Assembly: GCF_002854065.1 (NCBI RefSeq)
Contig: NZ_CP024147.1
Length of the DNA: 64,000 bases
DNA from: Escherichia coli
GTDB taxonomy: Bacteria; Pseudomonadota; Gammaproteobacteria; Enterobacterales; Enterobacteriaceae
Direction: 5' to 3' (one strand)
Positions 41,249-53,202 of this stretch are shown piece after piece. A model generated the notes under the pieces. That model did no database searches and was not told where the DNA came from. It saw only the letters and a program-made list of their open reading frames with translations. The first letter of the stretch is position 1; the number at the start of each line of letters is the position of its first letter. The position numbers were made by a program, and so were the translations under genes.

Positions 41249-41568
41249 TGAATCGAATTTATGCGTGTCCCGTTGCGGATGTGCCGGAGGGTGAGGCTCT
41301 CCGGATCGATACCTCGCCCGTCATCGCCCTGTTCAACGTTGGCGGCGAGTTTTATGCCATTAACGATCGTTGCAGCCATGGTAATGCGTCGATGTCAGAA
41401 GGGTATCTGGAAGATGACGCCACGGTGGAGTGCCCGCTACACGCCGCCAGTTTTTGCCTGAAAACGGGGAAAGCGTTATGCCTGCCCGCCACCGATCCGC
41501 TCACCACTTATCCAGTACACGTTGAAGGTGGTGACATTTTCATCGACTTACCGGAGGCGCAGCCATGA
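41248..41568 (+). CDS. hcaC: 3-phenylpropionate dioxygenase Rieske ferredoxin
   Basis: ORF track 106 aa; Rieske motif CSHGN..CPLHAA. Confidence 0.95.
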
Positions 41569-42377
41569 GCGATCTGCATAACGAGTCCATTTTTATTACC
41601 GGCGGCGGATCGGGATTAGGGCTGGCGCTGGTCGAGCGATTTATCGAAGAAGGCGCGCAGGTTGCCACGCTGGAACTGTCGGCGGCGAAAGTCGCCAGTC
41701 TGCGTCAGCGATTTGGTGAACATATTCTGGCGGTGGAAGGCAACGTGACCTGTTATGCCGATTATCAACGCGCGGTCGATCAGATCCTGACTCGTTCCGG
41801 CAAGCTGGATTGTTTTATCGGCAATGCGGGCATCTGGGATCACAATGCCTCACTGGTTAATACTCCCGCAGAGACGCTCGAAACCGGCTTCCACGAGCTG
41901 TTTAACGTCAACGTACTCGGTTACCTGCTGGGTGCAAAAGCCTGCGCTCCGGCGTTAATCGCCGGTGAAGGCAGCATGATTTTCACACTATCAAATGCCG
42001 CCTGGTATCCCGGCGGCGGTGGCCCGCTGTACACCGCCAGTAAACATGCCGCAACCGGACTTATTCGCCAACTGGCTTATGAACTGGCACCGAAAGTGCG
42101 GGTGAATGGCGTCGGCCCGTGTGGTATGGCCAGCGACCTGCGCGGCCCACAGGCGCTCGGGCAAAGTGAAACCTCAATAATGCAGTCTCTGACGCCGGAG
42201 AAAATTGCCGCCATTTTACCGCTGCAATTTTTCCCGCAACCGGCGGATTTTACGGGTCCGTATGTGATGTTGGCATCGCGGCGCAATAATCGCGCATTAA
42301 GCGGTGTGATGATCAACGCTGATGCGGGTTTAGCGATTCGCGGCATTCGCCACGTAGCGGCTGGGCTGGATCTTTAA
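41565..42377 (+). CDS. hcaB: cis-dihydrodiol dehydrogenase (short-chain dehydrogenase family)
   Basis: ORF track 270 aa; TGGGSGLG cofactor motif; overlaps hcaC by 4 bp. Confidence 0.95.
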   Translation: MSDLHNESIFITGGGSGLGLALVERFIEEGAQVATLELSAAKVASLRQRFGEHILAVEGNVTCYADYQRAVDQILTRSGKLDCFIGNAGIWDHNASLVNTPAETLETGFHELFNVNVLGYLLGAKACAPALIAGEGSMIFTLSNAAWYPGGGGPLYTASKHAATGLIRQLAYELAPKVRVNGVGPCGMASDLRGPQALGQSETSIMQSLTPEKIAAILPLQFFPQPADFTGPYVMLASRRNNRALSGVMINADAGLAIRGIRHVAAGLDL

Positions 42378-43589
<1,212 letters not shown>

Positions 43590-43685
43590 CCAGGATAATT
43601 AGCGAATATCTCAACGCCTGGGGCGTGGCGAGGTACCAGAGTGTGTATTACGTTTAAATCACATTATCTTGCAAAGGGATTGGTT

Positions 43686-44108
43686 ATGAACTCACTACGT
43701 TATTTTGATTTTGGTGCTGCCCGCCCCGTTTTGTTATTAATTGCCCGTATCGCCGTGGTCCTAATTTTCATTATTTTTGGTTTTCCCAAAATGATGGGCT
43801 TTGACGGTACGGTCCAATATATGGCCTCGCTGGGCGCACCGATGCCGATGCTGGCAGCGATTATTGCGGTAGTTATGGAAGTGCCCGCCGCGATATTAAT
43901 CGTGCTTGGCTTTTTCACCCGTCCGCTGGCGGTACTGTTTATTTTCTACACGCTGGGTACGGCGGTGATTGGTCACCATTACTGGGATATGACCGGCGAT
44001 GCCGTCGGGCCAAATATGATTAATTTCTGGAAGAATGTCAGTATCGCTGGCGCGTTCTTGCTATTGGCAATTACCGGGCCGGGGGCAATTTCTCTCGATC
44101 GCCGTTAG
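43686..44108 (+). CDS. yphA: DoxX-family inner membrane protein YphA
   Basis: ORF track frame 43641-44108; conserved start [12 protein letters not shown] at ATG 43686 (140 aa); four TM segments. Confidence 0.88.
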   Translation: MNSLRYFDFGAARPVLLLIARIAVVLIFIIFGFPKMMGFDGTVQYMASLGAPMPMLAAIIAVVMEVPAAILIVLGFFTRPLAVLFIFYTLGTAVIGHHYWDMTGDAVGPNMINFWKNVSIAGAFLLLAITGPGAISLDRR

Positions 44109-44113
44109 GAAAG

Positions 44114-44147
44114 ATGCCGGATGCGGCGTGAACGCCTTATCCGGCAT
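44114..44147. repeat. REP palindromic unit
   Basis: atgccggatgcggcgtgaacgccttatccggcat between the convergent yphA and yphB. Confidence 0.75.
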
Positions 44148-44155
44148 TTTATAAA

Positions 44156-45028
44156 TTACAGCCACTCTACCCGCAACGACATCTCTGAGGTTGTTGATTC
44201 CCCCGGCGCAAGCGCAATGAGGTCCCCCCCTTCCGGGCGATGATGGTCATCCGGCGCATGGCTCATCGGCTCCAGACAGAAGAAATCAAACGCATATCCT
44301 TTATCAAACGCCGGGTCGGAAACAAAGATGAAATAACACGGTGCGGGTGGCGTCGTTTCTATGATGATGGCATAACCCTCCTGCGGCTGCTCGATGCGGG
44401 CCTGACCATTCCATCCGGCAAAACCATTGTTCACCCACTGGCGCGGCAACGGCGCGAGCTGGTTAAAATCCAATTCTTGCGGTAGCTGCTCGCAAAACTC
44501 ACCCGCCAGCCACTGCTCCCGCTCCAGCCAGTAACCGCTCGCCTGTGCCTGAATCCGCGTTTGCGGCGACAACGGAAAATAAGGATGCCAGCCGGTACCA
44601 AATGGCAGCGTCTCTGCCCCTTGATTGGTGACAGAGAGCGTCACCGTCAGCGTATCCGCCGTTAAATGAAACGCCTGACTTACCTGATAGTGATAGACAC
44701 CGCTGCGATGTTCATACACCAGACACAAACTATCATCGCTGTGCGAGACACATTGCCACTGCCCCAGCCAGCCGTCGCCGTGCAGATAGTGCTCATCCCA
44801 TTCAACATTCGGTTGCAGTTGATACTCACGCCCCTGCCAGACAAAACGGTTACCGCTCACCCGGTTTGCAAATGGCACCAGCGGAAAACAAGAGGCATCG
44901 GTTGCCACACCGCTTTTTTTACCAGGACGTAAGAGCGGCGTCGTATCGCGCCAGAAGCCTTCGATTACGCCGCCCTGGTCAGAAACGCCCAGCTTTAGCG
45001 ACCCGTGGGATAAGGTATAGATGGTCAT
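44156..45028 (-). CDS. yphB: Aldose 1-epimerase-family protein YphB
   Basis: ORF track 290 aa, ATG; family call by recognition of the K-12 sequence. Confidence 0.88.
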   Translation of the reverse strand: MTIYTLSHGSLKLGVSDQGGVIEGFWRDTTPLLRPGKKSGVATDASCFPLVPFANRVSGNRFVWQGREYQLQPNVEWDEHYLHGDGWLGQWQCVSHSDDSLCLVYEHRSGVYHYQVSQAFHLTADTLTVTLSVTNQGAETLPFGTGWHPYFPLSPQTRIQAQASGYWLEREQWLAGEFCEQLPQELDFNQLAPLPRQWVNNGFAGWNGQARIEQPQEGYAIIIETTPPAPCYFIFVSDPAFDKGYAFDFFCLEPMSHAPDDHHRPEGGDLIALAPGESTTSEMSLRVEWL

Positions 45029-45039
45029 CCGCTAACTCC

Positions 45040-46101
45040 TTAATCCGGGAAGTTAATCACAACTTTCCCGCATTTGCCGCTCGCCATCAGCGCATAGGCA
45101 TCACCTGCCTGTTCCAGCGAGAAGCGATGGGTAATGGCGTTACGCGGCCACAGCTTCCAGTCAGTCAAATCGTGGGCGCATTTTTCCATATGGAACAGAC
45201 TGGTCACCCAGGAGCCAATAATCCGCCGTTGATGGTGCATCAGATCGGCGCTGACCTCGAATTCCACTTTTCCGGTTTCACCAATGTAAACCACCCGCCC
45301 CCAGTCAGCAGTGGATTGCAGTGCCAGCAAGCGACCTGCGGCATTACCGGAACAATCGAGCGCAACATCCGCGCCACCGTGGGTAAGTTCAGCAATTATC
45401 TGCGGCAGACCTTCGGTGGTCGCTAAATAACCGTGATCCATCACCCCTAACTGTTTTGCCATCGCCAGACGTTCCGGCAGCATATCAACGCCGATGATCC
45501 GTTTTGCACCGCGACCTTTCGCCAGCATCATCGCCATCATGCCGACCGGCCCCAGACCGACCACCAGCACGTTATCGCTGCCGGAAACTTCGCCGCGCAA
45601 AATCCCTTCATAGGCCGTGCCAACGCCGCAACTGATAAACGCACCATCTTCGTAGCTCAGCGCATCCGGCAGGAGGATCAGATCTTTTTCTTCCGCCAGC
45701 AGATATTCGGCATGACCGCCGTCACGCTGCCAGCCGTAAGCCGCTTTTCCTTTGCCAGTACAAGAGATAGGAAAGCCGCGGCGGCAGTTCGGGCAAAAAC
45801 CACAGCCAGAAATGTGATACACCAGCACGCGATCACCCTCTTTAAAATGGCGGCAGCCTTGCCCCATCGCCACAATCTGCCCGCACGGTTCATGACCGTT
45901 GATAAATCCCTGGTACAACGGTTTATCGGGTGCCGCCGCCGTAGCGCGGTGCTGGTGGTAGATATAGTGGACATCGCTTCCGCAAATTCCGGAGGATTTC
46001 ATTTTGATCAGTACCTGGTTAATCCCCGGCGTCGGCACTGCAACTTCCCGCAGATCGACGGTCGAATTTCCTGGTAAATAAGCTGCCAGCATCGTTTTCA
46101 T
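45040..46101 (-). CDS. yphC: Zinc-dependent alcohol/polyol dehydrogenase-family protein YphC
   Basis: ORF track frame 45040-46134; likely start MKTMLAAYL at ATG 46099-46101 (353 aa); zinc-ligand motifs GHEPCG and CGFCPNC. Confidence 0.88.
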   Translation of the reverse strand: MKTMLAAYLPGNSTVDLREVAVPTPGINQVLIKMKSSGICGSDVHYIYHQHRATAAAPDKPLYQGFINGHEPCGQIVAMGQGCRHFKEGDRVLVYHISGCGFCPNCRRGFPISCTGKGKAAYGWQRDGGHAEYLLAEEKDLILLPDALSYEDGAFISCGVGTAYEGILRGEVSGSDNVLVVGLGPVGMMAMMLAKGRGAKRIIGVDMLPERLAMAKQLGVMDHGYLATTEGLPQIIAELTHGGADVALDCSGNAAGRLLALQSTADWGRVVYIGETGKVEFEVSADLMHHQRRIIGSWVTSLFHMEKCAHDLTDWKLWPRNAITHRFSLEQAGDAYALMASGKCGKVVINFPD

Positions 46102-46166
46102 AAATCCCTCATTAACAATACGATTAATTTTCATCCCTGCCGCACCCGCGCCAGGGGCGTTAAGGT

Positions 46167-47165
46167 TTAGCGTTTCGCTTTACTGCTACGCTGGGTCAGC
46201 AAGATATTCGCCAGCACCGCCACCACGATGATGACGCCGCGCACCACCTGCTGGAAAAAGGAGTTAATCCCGAGCAGCACCAGACCGTTACCGATTAGCG
46301 TAATCACCAGTACGCCAAGCAGCGTACCGAACAACGAGCCGCGACCACCGGAAAGCGCCGTACCGCCGACCACGACCGCGGCGATGACGTCAAACTCCAG
46401 ACCGTTTGCGGCACCTGCGTTACCGGAACCGAGGCGCGCCGCCAACAAAATGCCGGTCACCGCCGCTAATAATCCCGAAAGGGTAAAGATAAGAATGCGT
46501 ACCCGACGAACGTTAATACCGCACAACTGCGCCGCCGTGGCATTACCGCCAACGGCAAAAACCGAGCGCCCGAAGGCGGTTTTGCGGCTAATGAACACAA
46601 ACAGCGCAAACAGCACCATCATGATCAGCGCGGATACCGGCACACCGAGAAATTGTCCGCCCAGCCAGTCCAGCACCTCGTTTTCGTCAATCGGCACTGG
46701 CAGGGCGTTGGTCATAAACAAGCCCATTCCGCGCAGGGCGCTCCACAGCCCCAGCGTGGCCACGAAACTTGGCACGTTAAACACGCCACGCAGCACCCCG
46801 GCGAGCGTTCCCATCAGCGCGCCTAACAGCAACACCAGCAGACAAGCAATCGCCAACGGAACTTCAAATTGCAGCAAAAATGCCAGGCACACCGAGACAA
46901 AAGCCACCATCGGCCCAACGCTGACATCAATTTCACCGGAGATAATAATCAGCGTCATCGCCCAGGCGGCAATCCCAATGGTGGCGGCATCGCGCAGCAC
47001 GTTCATCTGGTTATTCAATGAGATAAAGCCAGGCGCGTTCAGGGAGAAGACCAGATAAAGAATGGCAATCACCACCAGCAAACCGATCTCATTAATATGG
47101 CGACTGACAAATTGTTTGAGCGAGACGCTCTTGCCCTGCGGCAATGGTAATGACGAAGCAGACAT
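46167..47165 (-). CDS. yphD: Sugar ABC transporter permease YphD
   Basis: ORF track 332 aa, ATG; ribose/xylose-type permease with multiple TM helices. Confidence 0.9.
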   Translation of the reverse strand: MSASSLPLPQGKSVSLKQFVSRHINEIGLLVVIAILYLVFSLNAPGFISLNNQMNVLRDAATIGIAAWAMTLIIISGEIDVSVGPMVAFVSVCLAFLLQFEVPLAIACLLVLLLGALMGTLAGVLRGVFNVPSFVATLGLWSALRGMGLFMTNALPVPIDENEVLDWLGGQFLGVPVSALIMMVLFALFVFISRKTAFGRSVFAVGGNATAAQLCGINVRRVRILIFTLSGLLAAVTGILLAARLGSGNAGAANGLEFDVIAAVVVGGTALSGGRGSLFGTLLGVLVITLIGNGLVLLGINSFFQQVVRGVIIVVAVLANILLTQRSSKAKR

Positions 47166-47189
47166 CTTCAGGTTCCTCGGTAAAATTCA

Positions 47190-48701
47190 TCAGTGCACAG
47201 ACAGAATGGCGGACATCAGCTCATCCACATTGACCGGAGCGTGAAACTCCTGCGAGAACGTGCCGTGCTGTAATAACAGGATGCGGTCACACACCAACGG
47301 CAACTCCTCCACTTCACTGGAGATAAACACCACGCTTTTTCCTTCGGCAGCCAGCTCACGGACAATACGGTAAATCTGCTGTTTGGCTTCGATATCGACG
47401 CCGCGCGTTGGCTCGTCGAGCAACAAAATCTGGCTGGCGGCATAGACCCAACGACCGATCACTACTTTTTGCTGATTGCCGCCAGAAAGCGTGCCGATGG
47501 GCGTTTCGCTACTGGCGGCCTTGACCGTCATCCGCTGCATCACTTCTTCGGTCAGGCGGCGGATGGTGGACCATTGCAGCACTCCGTTGGCGCTGATTTT
47601 TTGCCGATTGGTCAGCACTGTATTTTCGTCAACGCCCAACCAGGGAATGATCCCCGCTTCTTTGCGGTTTTCTGGCGTATAGCCAATGCCGCGTTTCAGC
47701 ATGTCGCCGTAATCGGGGCGCGTGATTTTCTCGCCGTTGATAACAATTTCGCCCTGTTCATACGTCTCCAGCCCAACAATCGCCTTCAGCAATTCACTGC
47801 GCCCTGCCCCCAGCAGACCAGCAATGCCGAGCACTTCGCCACGACGTAGCGTAAAGCTGATATCCTCCAGCTTGGGCTTATGGCGTAACGCACGGACTTC
47901 CAGCACGGCCTGATCCACAATTTCCTGAGGTGCAACCGGCGCAATATCAACGTGATCGCGCCCTAGCATTAGCGACACAATATGATGCGTGGAAGTGTTT
48001 TCGAGCATCACATCGCCAGCCACCTGCCCGTCGCGCATAACGGTGGCACAGGAGGCAATGCGGCGAATTTCTTCCATCCGGTGGCTGACATAAATCACCG
48101 CCACGCCCAGTGCTGACATCTTTTTCACCGCTCTGATCACCAGTTCAACTTCCGCACTCGCAAGCGAACTGGTAGGTTCATCAAGAATGACCACGCGCGG
48201 CTCGCCCTTCATCACCCGCGCAATTTCCACCAGCTGCTTATGCGCCGGGCTTAGTGTTGAAACAAGTTGTTCAGGACTAACGTCAACGCCCAGCGCCTGT
48301 AAGCAACGTTGGGCATCCTGCGCCATTTGCAGGTAATCAATCATGCCGTTGCGGCGGGGCCACTGACCGAGGCAGAGGTTTTCCGCCACCGTCAGCCCTT
48401 CCACCAGACTTAACTCCTGATAAACCGCGCGTACCCCCAGTTCAGCGGCACGGCGAGTCAGCGTAGCTTCGTCACCTTCCAGTCGCGTCTCGCCAATCCA
48501 GATTTCACCGCTATCCGGACGTTCACTGCCGGTAAGCATTCGAATGAGGGTCGATTTGCCCGCGCCGTTTTTGCCTAACAGCGCACGAACCTCGCCTTTA
48601 TTGAGCGTGAAGTTAACGTTATCCAACGCAACGACGCCGGGATAACGCTTATTTCCTGCCACCACTTTTGCTACCGGGACTGCCTCTGTTGCCGTGAACA
48701 T
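47190..48701 (-). CDS. yphE: Sugar ABC transporter ATP-binding protein YphE (two nucleotide-binding domains)
   Basis: ORF track 503 aa, ATG; Walker A GKNGAGKST, signature LSGGNQQK, second NBD present. Confidence 0.92.
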   Translation of the reverse strand: MFTATEAVPVAKVVAGNKRYPGVVALDNVNFTLNKGEVRALLGKNGAGKSTLIRMLTGSERPDSGEIWIGETRLEGDEATLTRRAAELGVRAVYQELSLVEGLTVAENLCLGQWPRRNGMIDYLQMAQDAQRCLQALGVDVSPEQLVSTLSPAHKQLVEIARVMKGEPRVVILDEPTSSLASAEVELVIRAVKKMSALGVAVIYVSHRMEEIRRIASCATVMRDGQVAGDVMLENTSTHHIVSLMLGRDHVDIAPVAPQEIVDQAVLEVRALRHKPKLEDISFTLRRGEVLGIAGLLGAGRSELLKAIVGLETYEQGEIVINGEKITRPDYGDMLKRGIGYTPENRKEAGIIPWLGVDENTVLTNRQKISANGVLQWSTIRRLTEEVMQRMTVKAASSETPIGTLSGGNQQKVVIGRWVYAASQILLLDEPTRGVDIEAKQQIYRIVRELAAEGKSVVFISSEVEELPLVCDRILLLQHGTFSQEFHAPVNVDELMSAILSVH

Positions 48702-48723
48702 AGGGACCTCTGCGAATCAGCGA

Positions 48724-49707
48724 TTAGGGCAGACCATCAACGTGCGTTGCCAGCCACTGTTTACCGTCTTCCGTTTTGGTATAGAGATCGATAGGCACCT
48801 GAATCACTTTTTCACCGTCGGCTTGTTTATTGATAACCTTCAATGTTTGCGCGAAAACAGCATTGCCCATTTTCTTACCGGAAATATCCACTACCGCTTT
48901 CAGCACCTGATTGTTTTCCAGCTCCTGAGCAATTTCGGTTGTCATATCCGAACCGAAAACAGCAATTTTTCCGGCCTGATTTTGATTACGTACCGCTTTT
49001 ACCGCGCCGAGTGTCGCACCGCCCGATTCCCCCATAATGGCGTTGAGATCCGGCGTGGAGATAATCAGTTTTTCACCAACGGAAATCGCTTTATCTAAAA
49101 CAGTCCCTTCCTGATTAGCGACAATTTGCGCGCCGGGAACGCGGGATTTTAATACTTCTTCAAATCCTTTACGTCGCTGCACACAAACTTCAAAGGCTTC
49201 GCAATTGATGACGGCAATTTTCGGCTGGTCAATTTTATTGGCAATAAAATAATCGGCGGCAGCGTTACCCAGTTTTTTACCAAATTCCAGCGGGTCACCC
49301 ACCAGATACGCCGAGACATATTTATCGACCCCCTTTTGATTAATACAGGTGTTGTAGCAAATCACCGGAATACCCGCTTCACTGGCGCGACGAACGGTAC
49401 GGCTACTGCCATTTTCAGACACTGCCGATAAAATAATAGCATCGACATTACGCGCCACGAGGGTATCAACAAAGGTACTTTCTTTCGAAATATCACCCTG
49501 GGCGTTAGTTTCAATTAACTGTACCTGTACTGAAGAATCTTTTGCCGCATCCTGAACGCCCTGACGCACTCCAGCGTAATATCCCTGAGTATCAAGGTAT
49601 ATTGCGCCAATGGTCATTTCTTTATCCGCAGCTCTGGCAAATAGTGCGCTACCTAATAGCGTAGCCATTAATAATAGATTACGGGTTGTTCTCATTTTTT
49701 TAGGCAT
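48724..49707 (-). CDS. yphF: Periplasmic sugar-binding protein YphF
   Basis: ORF track 327 aa, ATG; signal peptide MPKKMRTTRNLLLMATLLGSALFARA; type-I periplasmic binding fold. Confidence 0.9.
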   Translation of the reverse strand: MPKKMRTTRNLLLMATLLGSALFARAADKEMTIGAIYLDTQGYYAGVRQGVQDAAKDSSVQVQLIETNAQGDISKESTFVDTLVARNVDAIILSAVSENGSSRTVRRASEAGIPVICYNTCINQKGVDKYVSAYLVGDPLEFGKKLGNAAADYFIANKIDQPKIAVINCEAFEVCVQRRKGFEEVLKSRVPGAQIVANQEGTVLDKAISVGEKLIISTPDLNAIMGESGGATLGAVKAVRNQNQAGKIAVFGSDMTTEIAQELENNQVLKAVVDISGKKMGNAVFAQTLKVINKQADGEKVIQVPIDLYTKTEDGKQWLATHVDGLP

Positions 49708-49803
49708 AGAGCCTCCTGTAGGGTTTTTATTAACAACGGCTTATTCTAATTATTTTGTGATGAGCGGCAGCGCGTGCCGCTCAAATATTACAGTTAATAG
49801 GGT

Positions 49804-52800
49804 TTAGTGAACGTAGTTAAAAATAAAAGGCATCACGGTGGTGAATAATGCCGCTTTCGGCCAGGCCGGATTAATCGCCGTCAATTCAGCGCGAGCAGAT
49901 TCGTATTGCGCAATCTCGCCTAATCCCGCGGCCGCCAGCATCGCCACCATCAGGCATTTTTCTTTATGCTGCTGTTGTAAATCGCCATACAGCGACAACA
50001 AGTCAGGCTGCGAGACGGCAAAGAAATCCGCTTCGATACTGGTTTTCGCCATCTCTTGCGCCCACTGTTTCATTTCACTAAACAGTTGCTGTGCGGTGTG
50101 TTGTTCGCCCAGTAATCGCAGCGCCATTCCTTGCCAGAAGAGGTAATCAACCGGCTGATCGTTGTAATAGCTGTGGATGTTAATGGTGCGATCGCCGGTC
50201 GCCGCCAGATGTAAACAGCGCGTCGCTTCAGTTTCATCGCCCTGGGCTTTGGCGCATATCGCCTGCCAGAACCAGATGTCGTTATCAGTTTGCCCCGGTA
50301 AACGGCCTTCGCTTAAATTCTCCGGATAATGCAGCGCGGCATGAAGCAGTTCGCTGGCCTGCTGCGGCTCTCTGGCATCAAGATGCTGCCAGGCGCGTAA
50401 TAACTGGTTGAGGATAAACTGACTGGTGACCTTCCCTTCCCCGCCTTCCCACGGGTGGAATTTGCGCGTGGCGAGAATGTCCGCCGCTTTGTCTGCCTGC
50501 CCCGTGAGATGCCACAAATTGAGCAGTTCTGCGGTCATGTCGTCGCGTTTCAGCGCAATTTCCAGATTATTTTCCAGACGCGCCAGTCGTTTCTCCGGTG
50601 TGGTTCCACTTAGCTTATCAAGCAAATCCCGTTCGAAAAGCAGACGTGCATCCTGCGGCGCAAGCTGATAAGCATTATCAAGATAACGCGCGGCCAGCTC
50701 ATAATCGTGTTGCTTATTCCACGCATGGATCGCTAACCCGCGCCAGCCGTCGGCAAACTCCGGCGACATCTCTACGCAACGTTGCCATAAGGCAATGGCT
50801 TCGTTGTAGCTACGTTTGTTGTAGTAGAAGCAGGCCAGTAAATGGCGAGCAAACCAGCACTCTTCAATACTCTCCAGCGCCGCCACTTCTTCCAGCGTAT
50901 TCGGGAAACGGACAAACTGCGGGAAGACATCAATGGCTTTTGCGACCAGTTCGCCACGTTCGGCTTTCGGCAGCAAGCTGGCTTGCAGGTAAAGCGGCAG
51001 CGTGCGCTGGCAGTCCAGTGCGTTCAGCATCTCTGCCGCGAGGGTGGGCATTCCCCAGTTAATCAGTTGCCCGGCAGTCATCAGGGCGTTAACGTCGCGT
51101 CCCTGACACAGACCGCGCCACTGCGCGAGAGCTGATTCGCTACGACCATCGAACCAGTTCAGCCACCACAGAGTGGCGTTCAGCGGATGATCGCGCAGCA
51201 GTTTCTCGCGCTGCAAACGCGCGTTGTCCTGACGACCACTTAACACCAGCAGCAGATTATGCAGGCAAAGCACTTCCTGATTGGTTGGGCAGGCGCGAAG
51301 ACTTTGTTGGCAAAAATCCAGACCCGCGTCGAAGTTACCATTACGCGCCGCCAGTCGTGTCAGACCATAATAGCCTCCGGCTTTACTGTTGCCGCTCCAG
51401 ACCGCACGCCAGAAATCCTCTTCGGCTTGTTGATATTGTCCCTGACGTTCGTAAGCACTGGCGCGAATCAAACTGGCCTGTCCGCACTGCGGATTTTTGT
51501 TCAGCGCATGTGCGCGTTTCAGCGCCTGAGTGGCATACGCCACCGCTTGCGGGAAATCTGCGCGGTTATACTCCAGCATCGCCAGCGCCAGATTACAGCG
51601 GTAATCCAGCGGATCCAGCGCCACGCCGCGCAGGTAGTAATCGAACGGTGAACGGCTAGCGTGATGATATTGCTCCAGATGCTGACCGATAAACCAGGCT
51701 TCATCTGTACTGGTAATGTCTTGTGCTGCCAGTGGCGCTTTGGCGACGTCCGGCAACGGCAACTCTTGCGGCTGATGTTCCTGATAACTCAGTACAATAT
51801 TGCCGTCGGCATCGGAGAGCTCAATGGTCAGCCTTTCAGGATTGATACCGTGCAACACGCCCTGGATGGCGGTCGCAGGCATCAGTGCCACGGCATCATC
51901 AAGTAACGCGTTGCATTTGCCGATTTCGCGGATCGCCAGGCGGTATCCGTTCAACGGAGAGATGGCATACAACCCCCACTCAATCCCCCGCTCACTACGC
52001 TGGAGTTTTATCACCGCATCGCGGGAGGCATTTTGCACCATGCCCAAAGAATGATAAGGCAGGAAATACTGCTCAAAACGCTTCTCTTCGTAAGCATCAA
52101 GCCAGGTAAAATCGGGCTGGTTATCGGCAAAAATACCGGTCATCAGTTCGATATACGGGCCGTTATTATCAGTTAGGCTCTTATCCCACGCCTGGCCAAA
52201 TTCACTGTGTCCCCAGCTCCACTGCTTTTTACCTGGCGCAATATGGTGGTTGGCAACGTGTAGCAAACCGCCATCTTCATCGTGACACCACGCGCCAACA
52301 AAATCGTACTGTGATTTTTCAGCCATATATGAGGTTGGAACGGGCACATTTTTATAGCGAGAAATGTCCACTCCAGCGGAGTAGTCCACTTTGTAGTAAG
52401 TGCCGGTGGCGATAGGGAAAGCGGAGACGGCCCGTTTGCCGTGATCAAACACCGCCGTTACATCCGGCGGGAAGACGCTCTGATGCCCTTCCCCCCCTTT
52501 CACTGCCGGGTTGGCCCACCACAAGAAATGACGCGGCGTGGCGTTGCCGTTATAGACGCGGCTGGCGATTTCCAGCGCCGCCCGGTCAGGGCGCAGGGTG
52601 AAACCTGTCATCACCTGTAAACCATGCATCGGCTCCGTTTCGCCTACCCACACCGTCTGTGCGCCGTCTTCATGGGCTTCGAGGGTGAAATCAACGGGCA
52701 TAAAGGTGGTCGGGCGATGGTGTTGCGGCCAGTTAAACTCAATCCCGCCGGAGATCCACGGTCCCAGCAGCCCCACCAGCGCAGGTTTAATGACTTCATT

Positions 52801-53085
52801 GTGATAGACAAAATCGCGCTGTTTCACTTTATCCCATGCGCGATGCACCCGACCGCCCAATTCCGGCAGGATCATCACTTTGATGTAGTCGTTTTCCAGC
52901 CACACCGCCTGCCAGGATTTCAGGGTTTTCTGCTCGCTCAGCGTATCGGTCACGCCGTAGGGATAAACCGCGCCGGACGATCCCTGATAAACGCGATTTT
53001 CCAGGAACATGGGATGTATATCCTGCGGCCCGGTTTCATAGGTCGGGATCTCAACGCGCTCTTGCCACACTTTTACTGGAGTCAT
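49804..53085 (-). CDS. yphG: Large cytoplasmic TPR-repeat protein YphG
   Basis: ORF track frame 49804-53178 opens on TTG (1124 codons); first ATG (53083-53085) has a GAGGG SD and gives 1093 aa starting MTPVKVWQER; K-12 annotation may use the longer form (uncertain). C-terminal half is rich in TPR-like helical repeats. Confidence 0.8.
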   Translation of the reverse strand: MTPVKVWQERVEIPTYETGPQDIHPMFLENRVYQGSSGAVYPYGVTDTLSEQKTLKSWQAVWLENDYIKVMILPELGGRVHRAWDKVKQRDFVYHNEVIKPALVGLLGPWISGGIEFNWPQHHRPTTFMPVDFTLEAHEDGAQTVWVGETEPMHGLQVMTGFTLRPDRAALEIASRVYNGNATPRHFLWWANPAVKGGEGHQSVFPPDVTAVFDHGKRAVSAFPIATGTYYKVDYSAGVDISRYKNVPVPTSYMAEKSQYDFVGAWCHDEDGGLLHVANHHIAPGKKQWSWGHSEFGQAWDKSLTDNNGPYIELMTGIFADNQPDFTWLDAYEEKRFEQYFLPYHSLGMVQNASRDAVIKLQRSERGIEWGLYAISPLNGYRLAIREIGKCNALLDDAVALMPATAIQGVLHGINPERLTIELSDADGNIVLSYQEHQPQELPLPDVAKAPLAAQDITSTDEAWFIGQHLEQYHHASRSPFDYYLRGVALDPLDYRCNLALAMLEYNRADFPQAVAYATQALKRAHALNKNPQCGQASLIRASAYERQGQYQQAEEDFWRAVWSGNSKAGGYYGLTRLAARNGNFDAGLDFCQQSLRACPTNQEVLCLHNLLLVLSGRQDNARLQREKLLRDHPLNATLWWLNWFDGRSESALAQWRGLCQGRDVNALMTAGQLINWGMPTLAAEMLNALDCQRTLPLYLQASLLPKAERGELVAKAIDVFPQFVRFPNTLEEVAALESIEECWFARHLLACFYYNKRSYNEAIALWQRCVEMSPEFADGWRGLAIHAWNKQHDYELAARYLDNAYQLAPQDARLLFERDLLDKLSGTTPEKRLARLENNLEIALKRDDMTAELLNLWHLTGQADKAADILATRKFHPWEGGEGKVTSQFILNQLLRAWQHLDAREPQQASELLHAALHYPENLSEGRLPGQTDNDIWFWQAICAKAQGDETEATRCLHLAATGDRTINIHSYYNDQPVDYLFWQGMALRLLGEQHTAQQLFSEMKQWAQEMAKTSIEADFFAVSQPDLLSLYGDLQQQHKEKCLMVAMLAAAGLGEIAQYESARAELTAINPAWPKAALFTTVMPFIFNYVH

Positions 53086-53202
53086 GGTGCCCTCAATATT
53101 AACAAGACATACTGAATTAAAAGATTTGTGGCAGTGTATTGAACAATCTGGCAATGTTTTCGCGGAATAATCACGCAATTAACTAAACAAGGTTTAGTGA
53201 AG